DNA of 64,000 nt from Hyalangium minutum (GTDB lineage: Bacteria; Myxococcota; Myxococcia; Myxococcales; Myxococcaceae): the NCBI RefSeq assembly GCF_000737315.1, contig NZ_JMCB01000009.1, forward strand, positions 124,001 through 188,000, read 5' to 3'. Both the position numbers and the translations under genes were made by a program. Below are positions 11,701 through 19,098 of this stretch, in pieces. Position 1 is the stretch's first letter. Every line of letters begins with the position of its first letter. Under the pieces are notes generated by a model. It was not told the DNA's origin. It ran no database searches and saw only the letters and a list, made by a program, of their open reading frames with translations.

Positions 11701-12689
11701 AGCTGGTGTTCCGCACCACGGCGGAGCAGGTGGCGGCGGGCACGGCCCTGTCCACCATCGAGGTGGAGCTGCGTGACGAGTTGGATGCCCTGGACACGGA
11801 CAGCACGGCCACCGTGACGCTGAGCCTGGGCGACAACGCCACGGGCGCCCAGCTGCTGGGCACCCAGACGGCCAAGGCGGTCAACGGTGTGGCGAAGTTC
11901 GACGGCGTGTCCCTGCGCAAGACGGGCACGGGCTACACGCTGGTGGCCACGGCGCAGGAGTTCGCCGGCACCACGAGCTCGCCGTTCAACGTCACCCCGG
12001 GTGCGGCGGCCAGCTTCACGCTGTCGGTTGCCCCGAGCGTGGGCGCGGGCCAGGAGGCCACGCTGTCGGCCCAGGCGCATGACGCCTACGGCAACGAGGC
12101 CTCCAACTACGGCGGCACGGTGAAGGTGACCAGCTCCGACGCGGCGGCCACCTTCGTGACCAACGCGACGTTCGTCGAGGGCGAGCTCAATGGCTTCAAG
12201 GTGACCTTCAAGTCGCCCGGCCTGCGGACGCTCACCCTCACTGATACGGAGCAGGCCAGCCTGAACAGCACGGCGCAGCTCAACATCACGCCGTTCACGC
12301 AGCCGACGGTGGCGGTGACCTCTCCGGAGGGCGGCTCGACCGTCTCTGGCTCGGTCAGCATCTCCGCCACGGGCGCGGTGGCTCCGGGCACCACGCTGAC
12401 CCAGATCTCCCTCCTGGTCGATGGCGTGGTCATCGCCACCGGCACGGAGACGACGCTGACGGGTACGTGGGATGCCTCTGATGCCGAGGGTGAGACGGCC
12501 CACACCATCACCGCCGTCATCACCGACGGCGCGGGCAATGTGGCGCACTCGGCTCCGGTGACCATCACCACCGCGAGCAGCGGCTGCGGCTGCGGTGCCA
12601 CCTCGGGCACCGACGCCAGCATCTACCTGGGCCTGCTCATCCTGGCGCGGTACGTGCTGGGCCGGCGGCGCCAGGCGGACGCGGCCTGA
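5775..12689 (+). CDS. Giant S8 (subtilisin-like) serine peptidase with FN3 and Ig-like repeats and a MYXO-CTERM sorting signal
   Basis: Catalytic motifs VTDSGVD, DGHGN..H, FAAGNDG, SGTSHSTP. Lipobox LSLMAC. C-terminus SSGCGCG..hydrophobic..RRR. Confidence 0.9.
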   Translation: MRQSGRRLPGIGLRAKGTRVLGLVGMLSLMACDGAGNVPELQQSAEGTRAPLTGHKVQLSAQQAQELQQRGANVQEIADYGAFKLVQVDDKALASLPEGAELRDNYNEILLNAGTIDTASEHGQSLRGMKREAVIGKRFYLVQFAGPIQPEWYQQLESTGVKVVTYIPNNAYLVYGDGAAMNSLAGHLRAKTGTIQWDGEYLNDYKLHRNVLTSTSETFEVQLIKDGEANEETLALIQSLQSKNGTIQEAMGYVNVHTYLTVSDLYQIATRPDVLSIQPRPMPRKFDERQNMIVSGNLTGTQPNGPGWLAWLTSKGFTQAQFTASGFGVDVTDSGVDNATPASPNHFGLYTTGDVNSPSRLVYSRLEGTANSGSTIQGCDGHGNLNTHIIGGYSNLTGAPFADSAGFNYGMGVAPFVKFGSSVIFDPGSFTSPNYENLQSRAYRDGMRISSNSWGASTPAYTSDAQRYDALVRDAQPATAAVPATGNQEMVIVFAAGNDGSGASTVGSPGTAKNIITAGASENVQAFGGADQCGTTDAEANSAMDIVAFSSRGPTSDGRKKPDLMAPGTHVSGGVAQAVRATNPPTGNGGALSCFDATGVCAGPGTSNFFPVGQQWYTASSGTSHSTPAIAGGAALVRQYFINQGMAPPSAAMTKAFLMNSARYMTGTGANDNLWSNSQGMGLMDLGMAFDGTPRTLDDQTSANLFTATGQTRTFTGSGGDPTKPFRVTLAWTDAPGSTTGSAWKNNLDLSVTVGGNTYKGNVFTGARSTTGGTADASNNVESVFLPAGNSGPFTITVTATNITSDGVPGNASALDQDFALIAYNTCGTAPAQTTGVSATPSGDNRISISWTENGAASYNIYRATTPGGPYTKVGTAVTSPFTDTGLSGGTTYYYVVKGTLCIESPASAEASATATGACTLTPTFAGVSNATNAAASTCGTTVSWAAATPVCGGAVSYSVYRSTTAGFTPSIANKIATGLTGSSFADTLNLTNGTRYYYVVRATETSNAVNEEANTVEKSAVPTGLITPGLSYFDDLDGNRPPNASAYWLPQATTGSASSLNIVNGCHWQSSDKSYRFGPITGGCTGTYPITTVVTLGLGGDGSTAGINGFNIPANTFDPQMSFNLWYNLETRYDGAWLVYSTTSATGPWTNVGDSVTSAAPYISAGGYDNTLNSSTTTRIWTGTNLGANGALKQVTVNLSALTGQKVWFGFRFSADSLVSYEGAYLDDVRITADSYGACTSNLPPPGPAASYRLTGLPDSSRVNTPVTFTITALDAAGVPATGYTGSATITSSDPQAVLPSSVTFTGGVANNVPVTFVTTGTQTVTATDTTASAITGSASTSVTTAAAVAFTVQPAATTVAGVSITPAIKVSLVDAAGNPVTTGSNQITLSLGNNPGGATLSGTTRVAAVNGVATFSNVSINKAGAGYTLVASSSGLNSGTSTAFQITAAAAAKLAFLTQPSATVAGENITPAVQVAIVDAFGNTTTSTATVTAALGANPAGGTLGGTTTATAVNGVATFNALSITKVGTGYTLAVSAPSLGSGTSNAFDITAAAPYRVTITQQPSNTIAGAAITPAVRATVYDRHGNVATQATTPVTLSIGNNPAGGALSGTTTVNAENGVSTFNNVSVDRSGTNYTLVAGASGLYSDTSVGFDVLSGAAVQLAFTTSPSGFVSSGSPFTVRVAVRDAAGNLLTGTSTSVTLSLTNAPGATLSGTTTATTSNGVATFSGLSVDKAGTGYTLQANAAGLTAATSLAFGVSPGAGAALAFVNPPGNGTAGAAFAPVRVAVLDAAGNTLTTSGTGVTLALNAHPSGGSLSGTKTALALNGVATFSDLSIARAATGYQLTASSSGITGASSASFDIANGPKAALAFTVQPGSTRAGAAISPAVRVSIQDAYGNVDTSATDAVTVALGSNPRNGTLSGTKTVSAINGVATFSDLSIHRNGRGYTLVASAGALSSSGSVAFDVTPGNSPKLVFRTTAEQVAAGTALSTIEVELRDELDALDTDSTATVTLSLGDNATGAQLLGTQTAKAVNGVAKFDGVSLRKTGTGYTLVATAQEFAGTTSSPFNVTPGAAASFTLSVAPSVGAGQEATLSAQAHDAYGNEASNYGGTVKVTSSDAAATFVTNATFVEGELNGFKVTFKSPGLRTLTLTDTEQASLNSTAQLNITPFTQPTVAVTSPEGGSTVSGSVSISATGAVAPGTTLTQISLLVDGVVIATGTETTLTGTWDASDAEGETAHTITAVITDGAGNVAHSAPVTITTASSGCGCGATSGTDASIYLGLLILARYVLGRRRQADAA
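9818..12003 (+). repeat. Seven tandem ~104-aa Ig-like repeats in the S8 protease
   Basis: Seven copies of LAF..QP....AG..I.P.V.V...DA.GN....VTL.LG.NP.GG.LSGT....A.NGVATF..LSI.K.G.GYTL. Confidence 0.85.
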
Positions 12690-12702
12690 GCGATGACGCA
12701 AA

Positions 12703-12731
12703 CCCCGGGCGCCTGAAGCGGGCGTCCGGGG
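12703..12731 (+). terminator. GC-rich hairpin directly after the S8 gene
   Basis: CCCCGGGCGCC-tgaagcg-GGCGTCCGGGG. Confidence 0.5.
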
Positions 12732-12791
12732 GCTGAACGGGTGGAGAAGCGCGTTCCACCCGCTCGCATTGCAGACTGGCTTGTGACATCG

Positions 12792-12833
12792 AATGCGCCG
12801 GCGCGGAGCTTCCCCGCCGGCGCATTTCTTTTT
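12792..12833 (+). terminator. Rho-independent terminator between convergent genes
   Basis: AATGCGCCGGCG-loop-CGCCGGCGCATT followed by TCTTTTT. Confidence 0.75.
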
Positions 12834-13491
12834 ACGAGGCCGGTTCCTTCAACCGGAAGCGGAGCAACGCCGCCAGGACGCCTGCGGTCTCGTCACTCAG
12901 CCGAGGCAGGTGGGCATAGAGGGCCTCCTCCACCTGGGAGATCACCTCGGCGGGCGCGCCGGCCTCTCGCATCCCGACAAGTACGGTGTACGCCGCGAAG
13001 CCGAGGGGCTCGTCGAAGCCCTGGGACTCCTCACAGAACTCCTCGAAGCAGGGCACGGCCTCGCCGGAGGCAATGCGCGCCAGCCGGGCGAAACAGTGCT
13101 CCCAATAAGCCCGGTGCGTCTCCAGCGCCTCGAGGCGCGAGAACGGCCCCTGACGGAGGTGGAGCTGCGTGCCGCCCTCGTAGGCCTTGAAGGTGATGGC
13201 GGCGTGGGTCGCATCGCCATCCAGGCCACCTCCCTCCCAGGACATCTCCAGCTCGAGGCCTTGAAGGGAGAGCGGAGAGAGAATGCGGATCGTCTGGAAG
13301 AAAGGCGTCCCCTGCGCATCGACCAGGGAGATCCGGGACGGCTCTCCCAGCTCCTTGGATGACTCCCCTCCCGTGCGGTAGCACCCGGGCGGAGCGTCGA
13401 CCCAGCGCCGCAAGCGGAACGGGTCCTCGAACGCCGCAAGGATTGTGTCCAGCGGGTGCTCCATCCGGACCTCCAGCATCAGCTCGCTCAT
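12832..13491 (-). CDS. SRPBCC/AHSA1-like domain protein with a C-terminal helical extension
   Basis: AFEDPFRLRRW...ITFKAYEGGTQLHLRQGPF...HRAYWEHCFARL pattern. Confidence 0.7.
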   Translation of the reverse strand: MSELMLEVRMEHPLDTILAAFEDPFRLRRWVDAPPGCYRTGGESSKELGEPSRISLVDAQGTPFFQTIRILSPLSLQGLELEMSWEGGGLDGDATHAAITFKAYEGGTQLHLRQGPFSRLEALETHRAYWEHCFARLARIASGEAVPCFEEFCEESQGFDEPLGFAAYTVLVGMREAGAPAEVISQVEEALYAHLPRLSDETAGVLAALLRFRLKEPAS

Positions 13492-14138
13492 GCGCTCGCC
13501 CCCGCTCGGGATTGCTGAGCCATGAAGGGCATCCTCGCCAGCTGCGCCGGCCTCACCCGGTACTGCTCGAGGACGAGGCTGATGCGCGCCGAGGAGAGCA
13601 CGGGGGCTCCGGCCGCCACGGGGGCGACTTCATGGACCAGGTCGCCTCGGAACGTCACCAGGGTGCGCGGCCGAGGAGACACCGCCGCCACCTCCTTGCC
13701 TCGGTGGAAGAGCCGCAGCTGCCCTCCCGACAGATCCTCCGGCACCTGGACGTAGAGCACGCTCACGGCGGTGGGGCAGCTGTAACTGGAGCCGTAGACA
13801 CCCAGGCTCTGATCGAGGTGAGCGTTCACCCCACGCCCGTTCTGAATCAGGAGCGGGTTGAGCAGGAACGCATTGCAGTCCGGCAGGAGCACGGCCTCGA
13901 AGTACGGCACGAAGGCTGGGAAGCGGGCCGTCACCTGGGAGAGCGCCTCGCGCTGGAAGATGAACGAGAAGCCATAGGTGCCGGAGAACGCGTCGTTCAG
14001 GGTGGTGTCGCCCATCAGCGGCGAGCCGAGGATCGCTGCCCGGATGGCCTCGACCGTCTCCACGGGCAAGGCTTCGGGCTTGCGGTGCACGAACGTCTGG
14101 AGACGGAAGGCCCCGCTCCAGGGAGGATGGAATGGCAT
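13488..14138 (-). CDS. 2OG-Fe(II) oxygenase
   Basis: HLD...HEV facial triad, GGQLRLF, RISLVLE; overlaps the next gene by 4 nt. Confidence 0.85.
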   Translation of the reverse strand: MPFHPPWSGAFRLQTFVHRKPEALPVETVEAIRAAILGSPLMGDTTLNDAFSGTYGFSFIFQREALSQVTARFPAFVPYFEAVLLPDCNAFLLNPLLIQNGRGVNAHLDQSLGVYGSSYSCPTAVSVLYVQVPEDLSGGQLRLFHRGKEVAAVSPRPRTLVTFRGDLVHEVAPVAAGAPVLSSARISLVLEQYRVRPAQLARMPFMAQQSRAGASA

Positions 14139-14167
14139 GAGGAGGACTCTATCCCGCTGCGGGCCTG

Positions 14168-14490
14168 CTACGGCTCAGGTGCCTGCACGTCCTGGCCGGA
14201 GGCGCACTCCTCCTTCACGTCCGCCTCGGTCTTGTACTTCCCGCCCGTGTAGTACCAGTTGGTCTGCTCGGAGCCGTCACCGTTGTGGGTGCGGCAGCCT
14301 GCGAGGACGCCCGTCATGTCGCACCGGGCATCCTCCTGGTAGGAGCCTCCGCCATGTCCGTACATTGATCCTTGGCGGGGCGCAGATCACACCGTGCATC
14401 TCGAGAGGGCAGCGAGTCCACCAGACCGCAGCTGGAGAGCAGGGAGCCGAGAGCGGCCAGAAAGGACAGCTTCAGGGGATTGGAGCGCAT
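14168..14490 (-). pseudogene. Frameshifted or internally deleted small cysteine-rich lipoprotein
   Basis: ATG 14490 gives MRSNPLKLSFLAALGSLLSSC(lipobox)GLVDSLPSRDARCDLRPAKDQCTD and stops at 14314. The protein-like C-terminus GGGSYQEDARCD...ECASGQDVQAPEP continues in another frame (14168-14365). Confidence 0.65.
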
Positions 14491-14560
14491 GCCCCCATTT
14501 TTCTAGGAGTGAAAACGGGCGCAAGATTCCGGCTGGAGGCAGACTTGATAGCCTGAGGCG

Positions 14561-15475
14561 ATGAGCTTCTCCCCTCACCCGTTCACCCTCCGGCAGCTTC
14601 AGTACGTCGTGGCCGTGGCGGATGCGCTGAGCTTTCGCAAGGCCGCGGAGCAGTGCCACGTGTCCCAGCCCTCGTTGAGCGCGCAGCTGGCCCAGCTCGA
14701 AGAGATCCTCGGGGTCCCCCTGTTCGAGCGGGATCGCCGCCGCGTGCTACTCACCGCCGCGGGCAAGGAACTCGTGGAGCGGGCAAGGCGGCTGCTGGTC
14801 GAGGCCGATGAGTTCGTCGAGGCGGCCCGCCGGGCGGGAGATCCCCTGAGCGGCACGCTGCGGCTGGGCGTCATCCCCACGATCTCGCCCTATCTACTGC
14901 CCGTGGTGGCACCCGCGTTGCGCAAGGCCTACCCCCGGCTGAGCGTGCTCTGGCGCGAGGACAAGACCGAGGTCCTGGTGCGCGATCTGGCGCGAGGCAG
15001 CCTGGATGCCGCGATCGTCGCCCTGGTGGATGAGCTGGGTGACGTGGAGTCCTCGGTGATCGCGGATGATCCCTTCATGCTGGTGACGCCGAAGGATCAT
15101 CCGCTCGGGGCCAAGAAGAGCGAGGCCTCGCCCGCGGAGCTGCGAGGCCAGGATGTGTTGCTGCTGGACGAGGGCCACTGCTTCCGCACCCAGGCGCTGG
15201 CGCTGTGCGCCAAGGCACGTGCGCACGAGCTCGAGTTCCGTGCGACGAGCCTGCCCACGCTCGCGCAGATGATCGCCGCGGGCGCGGGTGTCACCTTGCT
15301 GCCTCGGCTCGCTGTCTCCACCGAGGTGAACCGGAGTCAGCTCAAGGTGCGGGCCTTCTCCGATCCAGCGCTCAAGCGCACCATCGCCGTCATCTGGCGA
15401 AAGCGCTCGCCGCTCGCCACCGCGCTCCAGCAGGTCGCGGCAACGGTGAGGGACTCCTACCCCAAGGCCGCCTGA
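14561..15475 (+). CDS. oxyR: LysR family regulator, OxyR-like
   Basis: LysR HTH LRQLQY..SFRKAAEQCHVSQPSLS, LGVIPTISPYLLP, and GHCFRTQALALC with both redox cysteines. Confidence 0.75.
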   Translation: MSFSPHPFTLRQLQYVVAVADALSFRKAAEQCHVSQPSLSAQLAQLEEILGVPLFERDRRRVLLTAAGKELVERARRLLVEADEFVEAARRAGDPLSGTLRLGVIPTISPYLLPVVAPALRKAYPRLSVLWREDKTEVLVRDLARGSLDAAIVALVDELGDVESSVIADDPFMLVTPKDHPLGAKKSEASPAELRGQDVLLLDEGHCFRTQALALCAKARAHELEFRATSLPTLAQMIAAGAGVTLLPRLAVSTEVNRSQLKVRAFSDPALKRTIAVIWRKRSPLATALQQVAATVRDSYPKAA

Positions 15476-15503
15476 TCCGGGCGCCCGAACCGAGCCCGGG
15501 TGC

Positions 15504-16598
15504 TCACTTCGGCCAGAGGGTCACGGCCCGGGCCGTCTCGGAACTCCAGACGAGCTTGCGCCCCTTATACATCCGAGGGTGCGCGCCCGAGTCCGCGAGC
15601 GTGATCAGCAGATAGGGCCCGCGCGTCCGCAGGCTCATCATGTCATTGGGCCGGTACGGGTACGAGGGGAGCGCATTCACCTTCTCTGGCTCCAACTGCC
15701 GGATGAGGCCGGTGGCCAGCACGTCGCTGCCAAAGGGCGTGCCCCAGACAGCGAGCCGGTGGACGCCGCTCTTGAACTCGAACCACTGGCCCTCGGGCTG
15801 CTCGGGAGAGAGTTCGTAGAGTGGATCAAGCACCACGTCGTCCTCGATCTCGTGCGCCTCGAAGCGCGGATCGAGTGCGCGGATGGATCGCTCCCCCAGC
15901 TCCTTGCGGTGCTCCAGGGCCGCAGTGCCCAGCCCATCGGACGAGGACTTCGATTCCATCCGGAGCCACCGGCCACCGAGGAACGCAAAGGCGTGGGCCG
16001 TCATTGATGCCGCCGGTCGCTTTCCTCCGATGGTGGACTGGCGCCCTGCCCCATCGAGCTCCACAGCCCTTGGGCGCTGCTGCTCGATGACGGGGCCGCT
16101 CTCCAGCGAGAGCCCGAGCATCCGGCCTCCCTGATCGAACCCGTACTCGATGAGCTCACCCTCGGAAGGCAGCGGGAGTTCCTCGACCGCGCCCGTGGTG
16201 AGGTCCACAAGGAACAGCCGATCCCGGAACTTGTTGGAGGGGAACGGCTCGGGGAAGGTGGGGCGGCCGAAGATGGGCATGCTGACAGCGCCCCGCCAGA
16301 ACCGGACCAGGCCCTTCTTTCCATCGCGGCTGAGCGCGGTGCTTCCGCCCTGACACCCAGCGTCCAGGCGCGCGAGCACCCGGCGCTTCGCCGACAGGGG
16401 ATCCAGCCGAACCCACTCGCACTGCTCTCCCACGGGCTCGAGCAGGGAGACAGTCGCCTCGGTCGTGGGGAAGTCGGGCGTGGCAGGCGCGGCCGGTTCG
16501 GTGCGGGCAGGGCCAGCATCCTCAGGGCCCGCCGCGAGGCCTGAGGTCAAAGGCACGAACAGGAACGCGGCAAGCAGGGCGGAGCGGAGGATCTTCAC
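15504..16598 (-). CDS. Secreted hypothetical protein, possible beta-propeller
   Basis: Signal peptide from GTG 16598 (MKILRSALLAAFLFVPLTSGLA); PD40-like segments (ALSRDGKKGLV, LFLVDLTTG). Confidence 0.6.
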   Translation of the reverse strand: MKILRSALLAAFLFVPLTSGLAAGPEDAGPARTEPAAPATPDFPTTEATVSLLEPVGEQCEWVRLDPLSAKRRVLARLDAGCQGGSTALSRDGKKGLVRFWRGAVSMPIFGRPTFPEPFPSNKFRDRLFLVDLTTGAVEELPLPSEGELIEYGFDQGGRMLGLSLESGPVIEQQRPRAVELDGAGRQSTIGGKRPAASMTAHAFAFLGGRWLRMESKSSSDGLGTAALEHRKELGERSIRALDPRFEAHEIEDDVVLDPLYELSPEQPEGQWFEFKSGVHRLAVWGTPFGSDVLATGLIRQLEPEKVNALPSYPYRPNDMMSLRTRGPYLLITLADSGAHPRMYKGRKLVWSSETARAVTLWPK

Positions 16599-16686
16599 GG
16601 TGCCTCCATTGTTCCACACACGGGCCGGGAGTGGACGAACACGGAAAGACGGGCCACTCTGAAGGCTCGGAGGCTGTACCCGCAAA

Positions 16687-17019
16687 ATGACGGATTCCCC
16701 CGGTCTAGAGAGCCGCTTCTACATCGAGGTGCTCAAGCTGCTGCTCCAGGTCATCACCAGTGATGACCAGATCGCTCCCGAGGAGCTCACGCACTTCTCG
16801 ACCGTGGCTCGCCGGTGGAATGTGCCTGCCTCCGAGGCAGACGTCCTCATGGAGCGCCTGAAGCAGGGCCAGCCGCTGCCAGCCCCCGACATGGGCCTGC
16901 TGCGCTCCCGTCCTCAGGACGTCATGGAGGCCGCACGCACGCTGGTGGGGGTTGATCAGCGCATCGACGCCGAGGAACTCAACATGCTCGTGCAGATTCG
17001 AGAGCTGCTGGGCATCTGA
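16687..17019 (+). CDS. TerB family protein
   Basis: LLQVITSDDQIAPEE ... LVGVDQRIDAEELNMLVQIRELLG pattern. Confidence 0.7.
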   Translation: MTDSPGLESRFYIEVLKLLLQVITSDDQIAPEELTHFSTVARRWNVPASEADVLMERLKQGQPLPAPDMGLLRSRPQDVMEAARTLVGVDQRIDAEELNMLVQIRELLGI

Positions 17020-17175
17020 GGGCTGCAGCTTCTGCGGAGGACACCGCCCTCCTCTCCCCCGCGCGCAAATCCTGCGGGACCGAGGACGTGGGCGCTCTCT
17101 GTGTCCGGAGGCCTCTCGCGCTGGCGTGAAGCTTGCTGAACCGGACCCTTGAACCGAACCCAAGGGGGTCCCTCC

Positions 17176-18201
17176 ATGCAGCGCACCATGCAGGCCGCAG
17201 TCGTCCGGAGCTTTGACAAGCCTCTGTCCATCGAGGAGGTGCCAGTGCCCACGCCGGGGCCGGGCCAGGTGCTCGTCAAGGTGGTCGCGAGCGGCGTCTG
17301 TCACACGGACCTGCATGCGGCGCAGGGCGACTGGCCGGTCAAGCCAGTGCTGCCCTTCATCCCAGGCCACGAGGGAGCCGGCTACGTCGCGGCGCTGGGG
17401 ACGGGCGTCACCTCGCTCAAGGAGGGCGATCGGGTGGGCGTACCCTGGCTGCACAGTGCGTGCGGCGCGTGCGAGCACTGCATCAGCGGCTGGGAGACGC
17501 TCTGCGGTGCGCAGAAGAACACGGGCTACTCGGTCAACGGGGGCTTCGCGGAGTACGTGCTCGCGCAGGCCTCGCACGTGGGGCGCATCCCCGCGTTCGT
17601 GAACTTCGCGGATGCCGCGCCGATCCTCTGCGCGGGTGTCACCACCTACAAGGGACTCAAGGAGACGGAGGTCCGTCCCGGGCAGTGGGTGGTCATCTCC
17701 GGCATCGGCGGGCTCGGGCACATGGCGGTGCAGTACGCCAAGGCCATGGGCATGCGCGTGGCGGCGGTGGACATCGGCGAGGACAAGCTGGACCTGGCGC
17801 GCTCGCTCGGGGCGGAGATCGCGCTCGACGCACGGATGGATCCGGCCAAGGAGCTGCAGCGGCTCATCGGCGGAGCACATGGCGTGCTGGTGACGGCGGC
17901 GTCCAATGAGGCTTTCCGGCAGTCGATCGGGATGCTCCGGCCGCGCGGCACGTGCGCGCTGGTGGGCTTGCCTCCGGGAGACTTCGCCACGCCGATCTTC
18001 GAGGTCGTCCTCAAGCGCATCACGATCCGCGGCTCCATCGTCGGCACGCGCATGGACCTCCAGGAGGCACTGGAGCTGGCAGCGATCGGCCGGGTGCACT
18101 CGTCTATCGAGCGACAGCCGCTCACGGCCATCAACGACGTGTTCGACCGCATGCGCCAGGGCACGCTCCACGGCCGCGTCGTGCTTGGGATCGGAGACTG
18201 A
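17176..18201 (+). CDS. adhP: Zinc-dependent alcohol dehydrogenase AdhP
   Basis: CHTDLH, GHEG, CGACEHC...C, GIGGLG motifs. Confidence 0.9.
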   Translation: MQRTMQAAVVRSFDKPLSIEEVPVPTPGPGQVLVKVVASGVCHTDLHAAQGDWPVKPVLPFIPGHEGAGYVAALGTGVTSLKEGDRVGVPWLHSACGACEHCISGWETLCGAQKNTGYSVNGGFAEYVLAQASHVGRIPAFVNFADAAPILCAGVTTYKGLKETEVRPGQWVVISGIGGLGHMAVQYAKAMGMRVAAVDIGEDKLDLARSLGAEIALDARMDPAKELQRLIGGAHGVLVTAASNEAFRQSIGMLRPRGTCALVGLPPGDFATPIFEVVLKRITIRGSIVGTRMDLQEALELAAIGRVHSSIERQPLTAINDVFDRMRQGTLHGRVVLGIGD

Positions 18202-18324
18202 AATCTCCCTTGTCGGTGTTTCGATTCCGCTCCTGGGCACATAGACCCGTAAAGAAGAGCTAGCGAGAGCACCTTGCTCCGCACTGGCGCGATCCTTCGA
18301 ACTCGTATGAGCGCTCTTACGGAA

Positions 18325-19074
18325 CTACACAGGGTTCAGGTGAAGATTGTCGATCAAGATTTCCGACAGTTTCAGGAGTTCAGTACGGTTATGTGCGAGA
18401 ACATGTATCAGAGGAGTTTGCCCAGGAGTCTCCGACATGACCACCGTGGCATCTCCGCGCTCGTAACAACCCGTCGTGCTGGACGACTGCGGATGGAGAA
18501 CGAAACGGAGCCTCGTCAGAACTTGGGTCATTCGCTCTCGGAAGTCGGACGACCACTTGAGGCAATCAAGCATTCGATCATTCGAGAACTGGTCGAGGTA
18601 GAACTGGTAATAGGCCCTGATGAAGACGAGTTCATACAAGGATGCCGCCTGCCAGATCTGCTGACGGATGGCTTCTGCGAAGTCTTTTTCGTCTTCGACC
18701 GAGGGGAAGCTGACAACGGGCGAATCTCCTTGGGTTCCAAGGTCCAAGTAATACACATCATAGGGGTCCGCTTGATTGATGCCGATACGGAAGTAACGCT
18801 CAGGGGACCTCGGGATGTTCTTTCTTGAGAAGAACTTGCGGGCTGCCTGGGCACTGAAGTCAGCATGCTCGAACAGCACGAGTTCACCCATGCTGCGCCC
18901 CATAAGGTGCAGGAACTCGCGGTAACTTGGGGGCAGCTCCCTACCCGCGAGCGACCGAAGCTCTTCGAGTTCGGTGGGGGCCAGTCCCTGTATCTCTTGA
19001 GGAAACGAAGGGCGGTATTGAGCAATGGCTGACACCACTTGGTGCATCCTGCTTTTCTGGGCGTTCGTTTGCAT
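18325..19074 (-). CDS. SMI1/KNR4 (SUKH) family immunity protein
   Basis: GLAPTELEELRSLAGRELPPSYREFLHLMG signature; directly downstream of the PAAR-like toxin; AT-richer DNA. Confidence 0.8.
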   Translation of the reverse strand: MQTNAQKSRMHQVVSAIAQYRPSFPQEIQGLAPTELEELRSLAGRELPPSYREFLHLMGRSMGELVLFEHADFSAQAARKFFSRKNIPRSPERYFRIGINQADPYDVYYLDLGTQGDSPVVSFPSVEDEKDFAEAIRQQIWQAASLYELVFIRAYYQFYLDQFSNDRMLDCLKWSSDFRERMTQVLTRLRFVLHPQSSSTTGCYERGDATVVMSETPGQTPLIHVLAHNRTELLKLSEILIDNLHLNPV

Positions 19075-19098
19075 GGAAATACTCAGAGGGCCGAGAAA

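Noticed and set aside
12695-12712. GACGCAAACC resembling part of a c-di-GMP-I riboswitch
   Set aside because: Located 3' of a gene, lacks the rest of the aptamer, and is explained by the terminator hairpin.
18274-18828. 184-aa plus-strand ORF in the AT-richer island
   Set aside because: Antisense to the SMI1/KNR4 gene and has no recognisable motif.
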